The notes beneath the pieces were generated by a model. It was not told where the DNA came from. It made no database searches and saw only the letters and a list, made by a program, of their open reading frames with translations. The position numbers and the translations under genes were made by a program. Of a stretch of 64,000 bases of DNA, positions 27,546 through 36,994 are shown one piece after another (position 1 is the stretch's first letter; each line of letters begins with the position of its first letter). Location of the stretch: positions 412,249 to 476,248 of IMG/VR virus record IMGVR_UViG_3300018080_008436, one strand, 5' to 3'.

Positions 27546-28574
27546 TTATCCTAAATGTTTCTTCAACTCTTCAGTGAAGTGGTCACTAACCATTCTAGAA
27601 GGAGCGGCCTTGGTTTCTTCCCAAGTCCTATTTTCAGATTTAGTTTCTCTCTGAATAGAAGCTTTTCTAGTTTCGTTCTGCTGAGCTAAACTCTCACCAG
27701 CAGTTTTCTCAGGAAGATTTTTGAGGTCAGCTTCGCTATAAGCTCCCATGAAGCTACTACTAACTCCAGAGCCAACGTTCCCAACCTCAGTTGGGAAGAC
27801 AACACCTTGAGCCTCAAATCCATCAGCTTGCATTTCAGCGACCTTTTCTTCCTGCCAAGCTTGATGCTCTCTTTCTCTTTTCTTGGATCTTTCAAAATTA
27901 TCAAAGACAAGCTTTTCGCCAGGAGTGAATGTTTCACTTTCTTCAAGCCTTTCAATGGCCCCAGGATCGGCAATAGAATTCTGATTAGGAGCAAGGCTAG
28001 GTTGATTAGCAATTCTGTAATCCTCTCCACCTCTAATAGGACAAATACCTCCAAGCATAGCAACACCTGGAGCATCGCCTAATTTAGCCTCAGGAGCAAC
28101 CTGTTGCCAATTTGCTTCTTTCATGTGGTCCATATTTGTTCTTTCATCGATATGGAACGGATCGCCAAGAACTTCTTTCAGAGCTTCTTCCATTGTGGAA
28201 GTCTGAGGTTCTGCACTGGCAGTCTTAACCATTTGTTCAGATGAAGCCGTTCTCTCTACTACGGATGTAGGATCAATTCCAACAATTCGGTCTGTACCAA
28301 GTCCACATACAGAAGCGAACTCTTTAAGATGACGAACGTCTCTTTCAGACCAAGTTGAGTTATAGTAATAAGGTTGGTTGTTGGACGCACATTTCTCTAT
28401 TTGTTCACATTCTTCGAACAAGCACATCTCATCAACCTTAGAAGCGGCTGTGACATTAAGCCTATCAATGCCAGCTTGAAGCAGTCTTTCATTCTCTTCT
28501 ACTGCTTCTAAGTATGTTCCTGCGGTAACCCAATCAGGGACGTTATGAACATCTTGTGTTCTATTAATTTTCAT
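27546..28574 (-). CDS. hypothetical head-associated protein
   Basis: 342 aa; VERTAS, MVKTAS, EKTAG; tandem AGG-N19-GAA sites upstream. Confidence 0.7.
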   Translation of the reverse strand: MKINRTQDVHNVPDWVTAGTYLEAVEENERLLQAGIDRLNVTAASKVDEMCLFEECEQIEKCASNNQPYYYNSTWSERDVRHLKEFASVCGLGTDRIVGIDPTSVVERTASSEQMVKTASAEPQTSTMEEALKEVLGDPFHIDERTNMDHMKEANWQQVAPEAKLGDAPGVAMLGGICPIRGGEDYRIANQPSLAPNQNSIADPGAIERLEESETFTPGEKLVFDNFERSKKREREHQAWQEEKVAEMQADGFEAQGVVFPTEVGNVGSGVSSSFMGAYSEADLKNLPEKTAGESLAQQNETRKASIQRETKSENRTWEETKAAPSRMVSDHFTEELKKHLG

Positions 28575-28612
28575 GTTAATATCATCCTGTAATTAATGAC
28601 TTTTCGAACTTA

Positions 28613-28681
28613 TTCGTTAAAAATAAACAAAAGTCCTATTCCCATGTCATACTTAGTTCAACAAATATTATACACAAACCT
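28613..28681 (-). promoter_or_regulatory. two tandem AGG-N19-GAA putative late promoters
   Basis: 28613-28637 (AGG acttttgtttatttttaac GAATAA) and 28657-28681 (AGG tttgtgtataatatttgtt GAACTA). Confidence 0.65.
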
Positions 28682-28692
28682 TCATAAAACAC

Positions 28693-28720
28693 AAAAAAAG
28701 ACCACCCGAAGGGGTGGTCC
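28693..28720 (-). terminator. rho-independent terminator (CUUCGG loop)
   Basis: GACCACCC(C)-TTCG-GGTGGTC plus U7. Confidence 0.8.
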
Positions 28721-28750
28721 TTAATGGTACATTAGTATGTTAGAAAACGG

Positions 28751-28954
28751 TTACCAGTCGAAGTTTAACAGTACTTCTTCTTCAGGTTCGCATCCTATTG
28801 AAGTTAACCACTCTTCAATAGAACCTCCTATTTCTCCAACTGTTGTCCTAACGGCTGTTCTGTTCAAATCTCCGAGCCAACCGCCAATTTCTTTTCTAAC
28901 TTCTTTTGGAGCGTCATTGACATCAACGACTTTCATTATTTGTACAGTACCCAT
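28751..28954 (-). CDS. small hypothetical protein
   Basis: 67-aa ORF just after the AAA gene, with GAGG SD. Confidence 0.55.
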   Translation of the reverse strand: MGTVQIMKVVDVNDAPKEVRKEIGGWLGDLNRTAVRTTVGEIGGSIEEWLTSIGCEPEEEVLLNFDW

Positions 28955-28956
28955 GA

Positions 28957-30981
28957 TTATTCCTCTTGAAATCCTTTGGTCTCTTTGAGCTTCTCAACAT
29001 CCGTGACAGAGTCCTCGAACTCAACCTGGATTTCTTCAGGATCATCCTTGTAATAATCCCTATCGCCAAGTTTAAGCTCTCCAGTCGTTGCTCCCTTGAC
29101 AGAACCTTCGCTGTTCTCAAGAACCTTGACGAATGATTCAGTTGTCCATGGAATACCTCGGTCATCACCGTACTTATTGAAGTAGTAACGATGAGCCGCC
29201 ATTTCAATCATAAGCATCTCAACATCACGAACGGTGAACTTCTTAGTCATTGCCAATTCAGACAACTTTTCGAGATCCAGACCGTTGATTGCTCTCTGGA
29301 AGTCTTCTTGATCCTCAAAACCAATAACATCAACGCCTCGATTGTGCATTCTTCTTGCGCAAGTCTCAAATGTTTCCATCATACTTGCGGAATCGAAGTT
29401 ACCAATGTCAATGGCAAGGTCAGTACGACCAGAACGAAGCAGAGGTCCAGTGAAATTCTCAAGATGGTTCGTAGTCAAAACGAGGAAGATATTTCTTTTA
29501 ACAAAAAGATTCTCTTCCTGATTGTTCTGAAGCCAGTTCATGAACTCACTCTCAACCTGCTTATGAGCTTCATGCATTCCGCCACCTCGATCATTGGTGG
29601 AACCCATAGCTCTGTCATACTCATCAATTCGAATGATAATATGACTGGTTGAAGCGATTTTATCCAAAGACTTTCTCATCTGTTCGGAACCCTGACCAAT
29701 CCACTTTGAATGACATGCATTGATGTTGAAGTCCCAAACATCAATATCAAGCAATCCAGCCAAGTGAACGGGAAATGCAGACTTACCAACACCGCCCTGA
29801 CCATACAGAACAATAACATGAGGCATTCTGGTTCGAAGATCCTCAATGCTTTTATCGAGGACAGACATTTGGTCTCTTGCCTCATTAATCTTCTTGGCTG
29901 ATTTATTCTTGCTCTTCTGATGGATCTCTTTCTTCTCGTCAGAAAGAAGATCAACCTCATCAAAATCACGCATCAACTTCTGAACATCATAGGTGAAGTT
30001 ACTGTTCTTTGGACAGATATAGTCTTCCCAAGGTCTTCCCTGCAACTGAGTCAAACCAAAGCCATCCTTCATCAGGTTCTTATTGATCTTTGTTCTCAGA
30101 AGTCTCAGGGCTTCTCCCATGTCAATGTAGTCCTGACCGTTTGCATCTGTTGTAATCGCCCTTGGAAGGCAATATCCAAGAACATCACAAGCTTCACTGT
30201 AATTCAGACCAGCGAGTTTGCGGATTGTCTGGTTCATCTGAGATTCGGTGATCGAAAGACGAATGTTCTTTGCGCTGTAGCTCTTGACGTAAACATTGAA
30301 AAGGTGTTTAACCTCAAACTCGTCAACAGTACCAATCTCAACAACATCGACTTTAAAAGGGAACTTGAGTGGGACATTCGAAATCAGAACCAAAACACAT
30401 CCAAGACGAACGGTTGGGTTTCTGAATTTATCAAACAGGAACAAAGCTCTGGTGTCTACAACTCCTGGCTCTTCTGGTTTGCAGAAATCAAGGCAGAAAT
30501 CGACATTACTAATCAACAGAATTTTATCTCTGCACCCACCAGCTTCAGACTTTTTGCGAAGATCCTTTCTGGTTACAAGGCCATTCTCTTTTCTCCTGAT
30601 CTCACCAGTTTGTTCATTGATATCTGGCTCAGGATCTCCATTTGGCCCATTCTTGATTTTGTAAGCGCCATAGATCAACTCATCAAAGAAACGAACACTT
30701 GCTCCTTTCCCAGGTCTACCATGCTGTAACTCAACAGCATCAAATTTGGTTGTTCCATTGAAGAGTTGCTCTACACAGAACGTTTTCTTCAGGATGGACT
30801 GAACGAGGTAAGGATTTTCATGATTGACAACGAAATTGACGATACCAGTTATAGAGATGGAGCAAGTAGACTTCATCTCTTTAATTACCTTATTAATACC
30901 TGGGCTGTTTTCCAGCAGGTAAGGCATTCCAGTTTTCTTCTGCTTGTTGTCTTCTGTGGCACTTTTCTTGTCTTCGCTCAT
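28957..30981 (-). CDS. AAA+ ATPase, Ycf46-like
   Basis: Walker A GQGGVGKS, SKWIGQGSE pore loop, Walker B IRIDEYD, sensor TTN, Arg finger LLRSGRTD; degenerate N-terminal AAA domain. Confidence 0.8.
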   Translation of the reverse strand: MSEDKKSATEDNKQKKTGMPYLLENSPGINKVIKEMKSTCSISITGIVNFVVNHENPYLVQSILKKTFCVEQLFNGTTKFDAVELQHGRPGKGASVRFFDELIYGAYKIKNGPNGDPEPDINEQTGEIRRKENGLVTRKDLRKKSEAGGCRDKILLISNVDFCLDFCKPEEPGVVDTRALFLFDKFRNPTVRLGCVLVLISNVPLKFPFKVDVVEIGTVDEFEVKHLFNVYVKSYSAKNIRLSITESQMNQTIRKLAGLNYSEACDVLGYCLPRAITTDANGQDYIDMGEALRLLRTKINKNLMKDGFGLTQLQGRPWEDYICPKNSNFTYDVQKLMRDFDEVDLLSDEKKEIHQKSKNKSAKKINEARDQMSVLDKSIEDLRTRMPHVIVLYGQGGVGKSAFPVHLAGLLDIDVWDFNINACHSKWIGQGSEQMRKSLDKIASTSHIIIRIDEYDRAMGSTNDRGGGMHEAHKQVESEFMNWLQNNQEENLFVKRNIFLVLTTNHLENFTGPLLRSGRTDLAIDIGNFDSASMMETFETCARRMHNRGVDVIGFEDQEDFQRAINGLDLEKLSELAMTKKFTVRDVEMLMIEMAAHRYYFNKYGDDRGIPWTTESFVKVLENSEGSVKGATTGELKLGDRDYYKDDPEEIQVEFEDSVTDVEKLKETKGFQEE

Positions 30982-31054
30982 TGTTTACTCCAGTAATTGA
31001 TGGTCGCCTTCTAGGTTTTCAAGTTAAACTAATATTAGTATATCCCCCTAAAAC

Positions 31055-31095
31055 AAAAAAGCAAGCCGATAAATGCATATCGACTTGCTTTTTTT
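31055..31095. terminator. bidirectional-looking terminator
   Basis: AAAAAAGCAAGCCGAT...ATCGACTTGCTTTTTTT. Confidence 0.7.
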
Positions 31096-31116
31096 CGAGA
31101 TTCTTGGGATTACGAC

Positions 31117-31791
31117 TTATTTTTCGTAATCTTTTACCATTAACTTGACAAAGTCTTTGGGGTATCCAAGCTGTCTTGACCAGTAATCGTAGATCTTCTT
31201 ACGATTCTTTGGACTGATCTCAGCAAGCTTTACCCAATCATCAGCGGAAGCTTCAACAACTTCATCTTCTTCGTCTTCGGCTTCTACCACTTCATCTTCT
31301 TCGGAAGCTTCAACAGTTTCTTCGGAAGCTTCAACAGTTTCGTTTTCATCAGTTGCACATTTTTGAGTTGGACACTCTTCGCCACCTTCGATAACTTCTT
31401 CCTCAACTTCCATTTCGAATTCCTCTACAGGAGCATCTTCAGTTTCTCCACCAAGACACTCAACAGCATCTTCAATGGCATCCTGTGCTCTTTCGAGACA
31501 TTCAACTGCGGCATCTTCGCCTTCAGCTACTTCTTCGACTTGACCTTCGAATTCAACACCGTCAGTTTCAACAGCATCAGTCTCTGCAAGCTCATCGCCA
31601 CCCATAGCCATGCCACAACCTTGTGCGGCTTCTTTTTCTTCGTAATTAGCCACTACTTGTTTTGCGGCTTCGAAAAGATCATCTCTATATTGTTCCTGTT
31701 CGGAAACTTCTCCTTCATTATTTGAAGCGGTTTTCACCATAACTTTGGGAAGCCAATCCGTAGAACCTTTTCCAGAAGGCATAATTCTCAT
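31117..31791 (-). CDS. acidic hypothetical head-associated protein
   Basis: 224 aa; MVKTAS, ETVEASE repeats, WVKLAE; AGG-N19-GAATAA at 31857-31881. Confidence 0.7.
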   Translation of the reverse strand: MRIMPSGKGSTDWLPKVMVKTASNNEGEVSEQEQYRDDLFEAAKQVVANYEEKEAAQGCGMAMGGDELAETDAVETDGVEFEGQVEEVAEGEDAAVECLERAQDAIEDAVECLGGETEDAPVEEFEMEVEEEVIEGGEECPTQKCATDENETVEASEETVEASEEDEVVEAEDEEDEVVEASADDWVKLAEISPKNRKKIYDYWSRQLGYPKDFVKLMVKDYEK

Positions 31792-31853
31792 TTTAAACTC
31801 TCCTTATCTATGTTTTGTTGGTTTACACACTTGAAAAAGTATGGAATTCTCTC

Positions 31854-32057
31854 TTATTCTAAATAAGAGTCCTTTTTCCCTACATCTTTCTTGTCATATT
31901 TGTCTTGGCAGGTTTGCCATGCATCTTGAGGACTGTCCCCTTCATCAAGACACTCTTTCTGACAGTCCATCTTTTTCCTTTCTGGACGCATCAATTCTTG
32001 AGCACCTTCATAAAAGGCTTTCTTTTTTAAATGCCTTTTCAAATTGAAAATAGCCAT
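31854..32057 (-). CDS. small hypothetical protein
   Basis: 67 aa; MAIFNLKRHLKKKAF N-terminus. Confidence 0.55.
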   Translation of the reverse strand: MAIFNLKRHLKKKAFYEGAQELMRPERKKMDCQKECLDEGDSPQDAWQTCQDKYDKKDVGKKDSYLE

Positions 32058-32060
32058 AAT

Positions 32061-32975
32061 TCACCTAATAATGTTTTTTAACCTGTCCCACAAATTTTGT
32101 GGTTCTTCTATTGTTTGTTCTTGTTCTGGAGAGGTTTCTCCTTCATCAACTTTTATTTCTAGACTGATTATGTTATCAATCAAGAAGTTCTTTGGCGTTC
32201 CCCCTTCAATACTCCATCCACTTCCATTAATAGTAGGAGAAGCATCATAAGCCGTAAAATATCTTCCGTTAGGTCCAGACTTAATTGGATACCCTTCACC
32301 TGGAACTGGCATCAATCTTCTTGGTGGTAAAACCCTTCCGCTCAAAGTCCAGTAGACGATATCCATCTCCTGGTTATTTTGTTCTGCATACTTGATCTTA
32401 GCTGTCTGGTTCATGTTGTACTCAACAACTTGATTGGGCTGTGGAGGCTGTTCATACATTTGTTGTTGTTCAGGAGTAACTGGTATTTCTTCCATTGGGG
32501 CTTCTTGAAGAACTTGCTCTTCTTCGGGAGTTAACTCACCCTCTAAATCATTCGGCTCCATCAAAGGATCTTCATTCTCAACATTAACTTGAGCAAATCT
32601 TGAAAGATTCTTGTAAGTAACATTGCTTTTAAGAGTTCTCACCCAATCATCTCCATCAAACATCTGGAAACCAACATCAATATTGTTTTTGGAAAACCAC
32701 CCTTTATTAACTTCAACAGCATATTGGCATGGGCTTGAGGAAGTCGTCATTCTTGTACTCATTGGGGCCATGGATTCTATTTGCATAATCTTTCCACTAT
32801 CATCAAGAAAAGCAATATCCAATGGAATATAGGTGTTCTGCATCCAAAAACTTTGGGGATGCTTTCTAGGAAAGATGAATATCATTCCATCATTTTCCCC
32901 CAGTGTTTTACGATCCATTAAACCATAAGATCGTTTATGGGGAGTATCCGCTATTTCCAAACTCAAATAAGCCAT
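32061..32975 (-). CDS. DUF192 domain fused to a WYL-like domain
   Basis: EIADTP.KRSYGLM.R..L..NDGMIFIF...FWMQNTYIPLDIAF...YAVEVNKG (DUF192); C-terminal MDIVY...RRLMP...YFTAYD...KNFLIDNIISLE (WYL-like). Confidence 0.75.
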   Translation of the reverse strand: MAYLSLEIADTPHKRSYGLMDRKTLGENDGMIFIFPRKHPQSFWMQNTYIPLDIAFLDDSGKIMQIESMAPMSTRMTTSSSPCQYAVEVNKGWFSKNNIDVGFQMFDGDDWVRTLKSNVTYKNLSRFAQVNVENEDPLMEPNDLEGELTPEEEQVLQEAPMEEIPVTPEQQQMYEQPPQPNQVVEYNMNQTAKIKYAEQNNQEMDIVYWTLSGRVLPPRRLMPVPGEGYPIKSGPNGRYFTAYDASPTINGSGWSIEGGTPKNFLIDNIISLEIKVDEGETSPEQEQTIEEPQNLWDRLKNIIR

Positions 32976-33231
32976 ATCTTACCTCTTCATCCCAAGGGAT
33001 TCCGCTTTGATCCAAAGCATCGCAAAGCACTTCGGAAATTTCTCTATCCTCACACTCAAATTGGAGAACCTTAGAACCTGCTTTGTTGGTCATTTCAACT
33101 CCACTAGGAATTTCTAAAGTTGCCAGACCATGAATTAGCATATTGTAATGTCTTCTTGACAATACAGCCCTAATAGCTACTGGTCCGTTTCCTGGTTCGT
33201 GTTTTTTATTCCTGATCAGCATCTTTGACAT
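32935..33231 (-). CDS. hypothetical protein
   Basis: 98-aa ORF overlapping its neighbours in the operon. Confidence 0.55.
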   Translation of the reverse strand: MSKMLIRNKKHEPGNGPVAIRAVLSRRHYNMLIHGLATLEIPSGVEMTNKAGSKVLQFECEDREISEVLCDALDQSGIPWDEEVRYGLFEFGNSGYSP

Positions 33232-33676
33232 TAAGATTGTTTGATGTGTTAGAGCAGAATTTTGGAATGCGATATCCTTCCTTCCCTCTCTTATCCATGC
33301 TTGCCATGATTTCTAAATAACTCTTATCCGATTTACCTTTCTCGAACTTATTACCTTCACCAAGGGCCATAACAGTAATAACCTGTCTCCCTCGTTCAGT
33401 TATTCTAACTTCAGAAGAATCACCAGAAACCAACCCATAGGTTTTCAGTCTCATGATATCTCGGTTACTAAGACCCATATCAGAAGAAATCACAAACTTA
33501 TCATCATTGTTCTCTGCTTCGAGCCAAATTCTCATCAAAATCTCTGCGTCTTTATTACTAGCAGTGATTTTCTTTCTTTTCTCATCACTCTTAATGACTT
33601 CTTGTGCAAGAAACGAATAATCAACAAAACGATTGTTTTCTTGTGGATCTTGCATTGGTCTAATAGGTATAGGCAT
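33206..33676 (-). CDS. winged-helix-like hypothetical protein
   Basis: IMRLKTYGLV...VRITERGRQVI resembles a wHTH wing; KKITAS motif precedes it. Confidence 0.55.
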   Translation of the reverse strand: MPIPIRPMQDPQENNRFVDYSFLAQEVIKSDEKRKKITASNKDAEILMRIWLEAENNDDKFVISSDMGLSNRDIMRLKTYGLVSGDSSEVRITERGRQVITVMALGEGNKFEKGKSDKSYLEIMASMDKRGKEGYRIPKFCSNTSNNLNVKDADQE

Positions 33677-33678
33677 AA

Positions 33679-36063
33679 TTACTCTCCAAAATCCAATATT
33701 TTATCTAATTCATACTTCTTAAAAAGTTCCTGGGCTTCCTCTTCATTGAGTGACTCTATCTTTGCCTTCGCAAACTGCAAGAAGTCAACAGAATACTTTT
33801 CCAAAAGAACGGGAGCGTATTTTCCAATAGCTTCCTCTAATTCACTATCAATATCAAGACCAAGCTTGATTGACAAATACAACGCTCTCAATATAATGAA
33901 TGGGTTGAATGACAATACATCATCTGCATCCATGACCGTTTCGATATAATTATCTCCATTAAAAGGAGTGATGAACGATCCAGTGTAAGGGTTATATCCT
34001 CTAGCATTAATAGTGAAATCCTTGTTGCAAATATCATGCAATACATGGCTGGAAGAATCAAGATCCTGTTTTTTCATCCATCTCTCGATAGTTGGGATCT
34101 TTTGTCCTCCATTGAAACAAATCTTCACGCCTTTGTGATTAAAACAAAAACATCTAGTTGCTGGATCAATCTCAGAGACCTGTTCTCCCAATTCTTCAGC
34201 CAACAAACTTCCGAATTTATGGCAGTTTTGGGATGAATCACTTGTAAATTCAAGTTCCTCAACTTCTGGAGATCTGTTCCCAAAAGATTTCTCTCTTGCA
34301 TAAGAACCGATAGCATAAACATCTTTGATATCGTATTCATGAGCCACACTCTTTGCGGCATCCATAATGCAACTAATAGCATCTTCAAGCGTTGGTCTGC
34401 AACCAACAACCTTTGACATAATCTCTCTTAGTTGTTCATCATTGTTCTGAATAGCATCTTCGACTTTTTCAATTTCTTCACTACCAACTCCCCTATGAAT
34501 CCAGCAGGAGTATATCTCTTCTCCATCGGACTCTCCCAAAGAAAACATATCGACTCCAATAGGACTGCGCCCCATTGACTTTTCAATAACTGACAACATA
34601 TCTTCACTACAAACAATCCTAGTTGCCTTCATATCGCCCCTAAGAATGATTGATCGTATTTTTCTCAACATATCAACAATATGTCCAAGCCCACCCGAAG
34701 CAAAACGTTTTGCAGGATGAGTGTTGCTTAAGTCTCTTGTTGAATCAAACCAACTCTCTGGTTTGAACCTTGGCTCGATCCATCTGTAATAAAACCCCTT
34801 GATGTCATATGTTGGGTTATATCTAGGTTGTGACTTTATCCAGTCCTCTTCTTCTGAAAAACATTCATCTCTGTCATCCCAGGCCATGACTCTGTCACCT
34901 AACCCAGGAATAGTTGATCCATCAGAAATTTCGAGATTATTGTACCACCCAAAAACTGTCGCCATCTTTGTCATCTTTGATGCTTGCTTTAAAGGCATCA
35001 TCAATGGTTGTGGTCTAGTATCTTCCAGAAGATCTTCAGTGATTCTATATCCAGTATCGTCTTTGAGCCTGTCTTTGTCAAGCAATTCTTCAAAAATGAG
35101 ATCAGGATCTAATTCCCAATCACCTTCAGTAAATTTCCTCAACTGAACTTCATAGATGTCATGTTCTGGAGATAGGTCTGGAGGGAGTGGAGCCTGATAC
35201 TGTCTGCCAAGCATTTCTTCGATTGCTCGATTTTGATATTGATGGGCGATCATACCCCAATCTGGTTGGGCCTGGAAATTTGCTCCATGATCACCATATC
35301 TTCCTGACAAATCAGATCCTGAGGGAGGATAGAATGGAAAGTGGCTTTGAGCTTCTTTATACCAATTATTTGAGGCTCCTTGCCTTAAACTTAGTTCACC
35401 CTCTATGCTGTATTTCTGCTGAATCTCTCTCATGGCAGATTCAAGTAATGCTGTCTCAACTTGAGTTGGACCTGCTTCGTCTTCTGCCCCTTTAGCATGA
35501 GTGGCTTCGTGAGCCATTGTAGCGGCCATGTGAGCTATCATAAGATCTTGTCTTAGCTCTGCATGCATTTCTGGTGGAACGATGTCCTGAAGGTTCCTAA
35601 AGGATTGCTCCATCTCATTACGAGTGTCTGCTACATTCAGTCCTAGAACTGATCCTCCTTTACTTTCTAGATCAGCATATACTTGCTGGATTTCATTACG
35701 GATAGTTTCTTGGTCTTTCTCTTCTTTAGTGTCATACGCTCGAAGCATTCCATCTTCTTCGACAATTTCATAACCTCTTGATTCAAGTCTTTTTTGAAGT
35801 TCTTGGGTTTTGACTGCCCTATCTAGTGACGGAACATAAACTCCATAAACACCAGCTTTCGCGAAGTTGAACATATAAACAATATTCTGCAAAAGATTTG
35901 AGTCGAATCGATTGACTAAGTCAACTGATTTCTGGGCATCGCCAAATTGGGAAGAGATGTTGGAGATGTTAACACTTGGGCTTCCGATCAAACTACCTTT
36001 ATACTCTGGAGCATCACCAGAGTAATACCCTCCGTAGTCTTGAGATACTTTTATGATTTTCAT
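33679..36063 (-). CDS. multidomain protein: MKIIKVSQ leader, HExxH domain and degenerate CCA/poly(A)-polymerase domain
   Basis: MAHEATH; internal NNWYKEAQ; VYAIGSYARE...ELEF...DICNKDFTINA...NPFIILRAL; AGG-N19-GAATAA at 36100-36124. Confidence 0.7.
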   Translation of the reverse strand: MKIIKVSQDYGGYYSGDAPEYKGSLIGSPSVNISNISSQFGDAQKSVDLVNRFDSNLLQNIVYMFNFAKAGVYGVYVPSLDRAVKTQELQKRLESRGYEIVEEDGMLRAYDTKEEKDQETIRNEIQQVYADLESKGGSVLGLNVADTRNEMEQSFRNLQDIVPPEMHAELRQDLMIAHMAATMAHEATHAKGAEDEAGPTQVETALLESAMREIQQKYSIEGELSLRQGASNNWYKEAQSHFPFYPPSGSDLSGRYGDHGANFQAQPDWGMIAHQYQNRAIEEMLGRQYQAPLPPDLSPEHDIYEVQLRKFTEGDWELDPDLIFEELLDKDRLKDDTGYRITEDLLEDTRPQPLMMPLKQASKMTKMATVFGWYNNLEISDGSTIPGLGDRVMAWDDRDECFSEEEDWIKSQPRYNPTYDIKGFYYRWIEPRFKPESWFDSTRDLSNTHPAKRFASGGLGHIVDMLRKIRSIILRGDMKATRIVCSEDMLSVIEKSMGRSPIGVDMFSLGESDGEEIYSCWIHRGVGSEEIEKVEDAIQNNDEQLREIMSKVVGCRPTLEDAISCIMDAAKSVAHEYDIKDVYAIGSYAREKSFGNRSPEVEELEFTSDSSQNCHKFGSLLAEELGEQVSEIDPATRCFCFNHKGVKICFNGGQKIPTIERWMKKQDLDSSSHVLHDICNKDFTINARGYNPYTGSFITPFNGDNYIETVMDADDVLSFNPFIILRALYLSIKLGLDIDSELEEAIGKYAPVLLEKYSVDFLQFAKAKIESLNEEEAQELFKKYELDKILDFGE

Positions 36064-36134
36064 ATTTTAACTCAGGAAAATTGTACAATTGCATTTTTAT
36101 TCTCACTTTTCCGTTGAATGTCCTATTTGGGCAC

Positions 36135-36162
36135 AAAAAAACGGGACTATTTCTAGTCCCGT
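36135..36162 (-). terminator. rho-independent terminator
   Basis: ACGGGACTA/TAGTCCCGT stem plus U-tract. Confidence 0.8.
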
Positions 36163-36192
36163 ATATTATACATTTTATTGTGGGCCGAAAAC

Positions 36193-36540
36193 TTAGATGC
36201 CAAAACCTCCTGCATCATAAGGATCAACGGCCATTGGGGAGTCGTCCAGAGGATTGTAGCCGTCCTCTTCCTCTTCTTCGTCATTTTCAAGTGGATTGAA
36301 AGTGACAGAGGCTTGGCGATGCACCATCTCCCCCTTCTTTGTTAATTCTGGTTCCCCAGAAGATCCGCCAATTTGTTCAGCGATGTACTTCACAATTTTG
36401 GCATTGATGTTTTCACCGTTTTCATCAATCGCAGTACATGAGACTTGCTCCCCATGGTCCAAGATTGTAACGGTGTACTTTCCTGTCAATTTGTCGATTT
36501 TTACTTCGACATCGAGATGAGTTCCAAAAAGGTCAGCCAT
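36193..36540 (-). CDS. DUF2997-like protein
   Basis: VEVKIDKLTGKYTVTI...SC pattern; adjacent to a DUF1257-like gene. Confidence 0.45.
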   Translation of the reverse strand: MADLFGTHLDVEVKIDKLTGKYTVTILDHGEQVSCTAIDENGENINAKIVKYIAEQIGGSSGEPELTKKGEMVHRQASVTFNPLENDEEEEEDGYNPLDDSPMAVDPYDAGGFGI

Positions 36541-36550
36541 TGTTATACTC

Positions 36551-36994
36551 CTAAACCATTCCGTTCAAAATGTCGTCACCATCGATCTTGAACTTGAAGA
36601 TGAAGTTATCATCATCTTCTTCCTCGGTGAAGCCCAGTACGTCCAAACGATTGACCATCGTCTTGGCTTTGTACCTTCCGATTTCACCTGGGAGTTCATC
36701 TTCGAACTTCTTCTGGCGCTTTCCAGCGACAGAGCTATGACCACCCAAAGCAACAATCCATTTATTGCCTTCCCGTCTCATACCGAATTCCTCGTAGCAA
36801 ACTCCTTTTGCTCCGACTGGAACGCGAATGTGATAGGTTGACTTGGCTTGTTGATAGCCACTTCTCAAAGAAATGTTTCCAGATTCAGAAGTGTCGATTT
36901 GACCTTTCCATTCTGGGACCATGTTTTCGAGAACTCTGGCCATTGTTTGGACATCGCAATTTGCTTGCACTTCACCATAAACATAGTGACTCAT
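36551..36994 (-). CDS. DUF1257 (Ycf35)-like protein
   Basis: Start reassigned to MSHYV (36994, after AGGAGA); EFGMRREGNKW motif. Confidence 0.5.
   Translation of the reverse strand: MSHYVYGEVQANCDVQTMARVLENMVPEWKGQIDTSESGNISLRSGYQQAKSTYHIRVPVGAKGVCYEEFGMRREGNKWIVALGGHSSVAGKRQKKFEDELPGEIGRYKAKTMVNRLDVLGFTEEEDDDNFIFKFKIDGDDILNGMV

Noticed and set aside
29191-30729. Long plus-strand ORFs antisense to the AAA ATPase (and similar shadows over the MCP, scaffold and portal)
   Set aside because: No SD or recognisable motifs; these are antisense shadows produced by codon bias.
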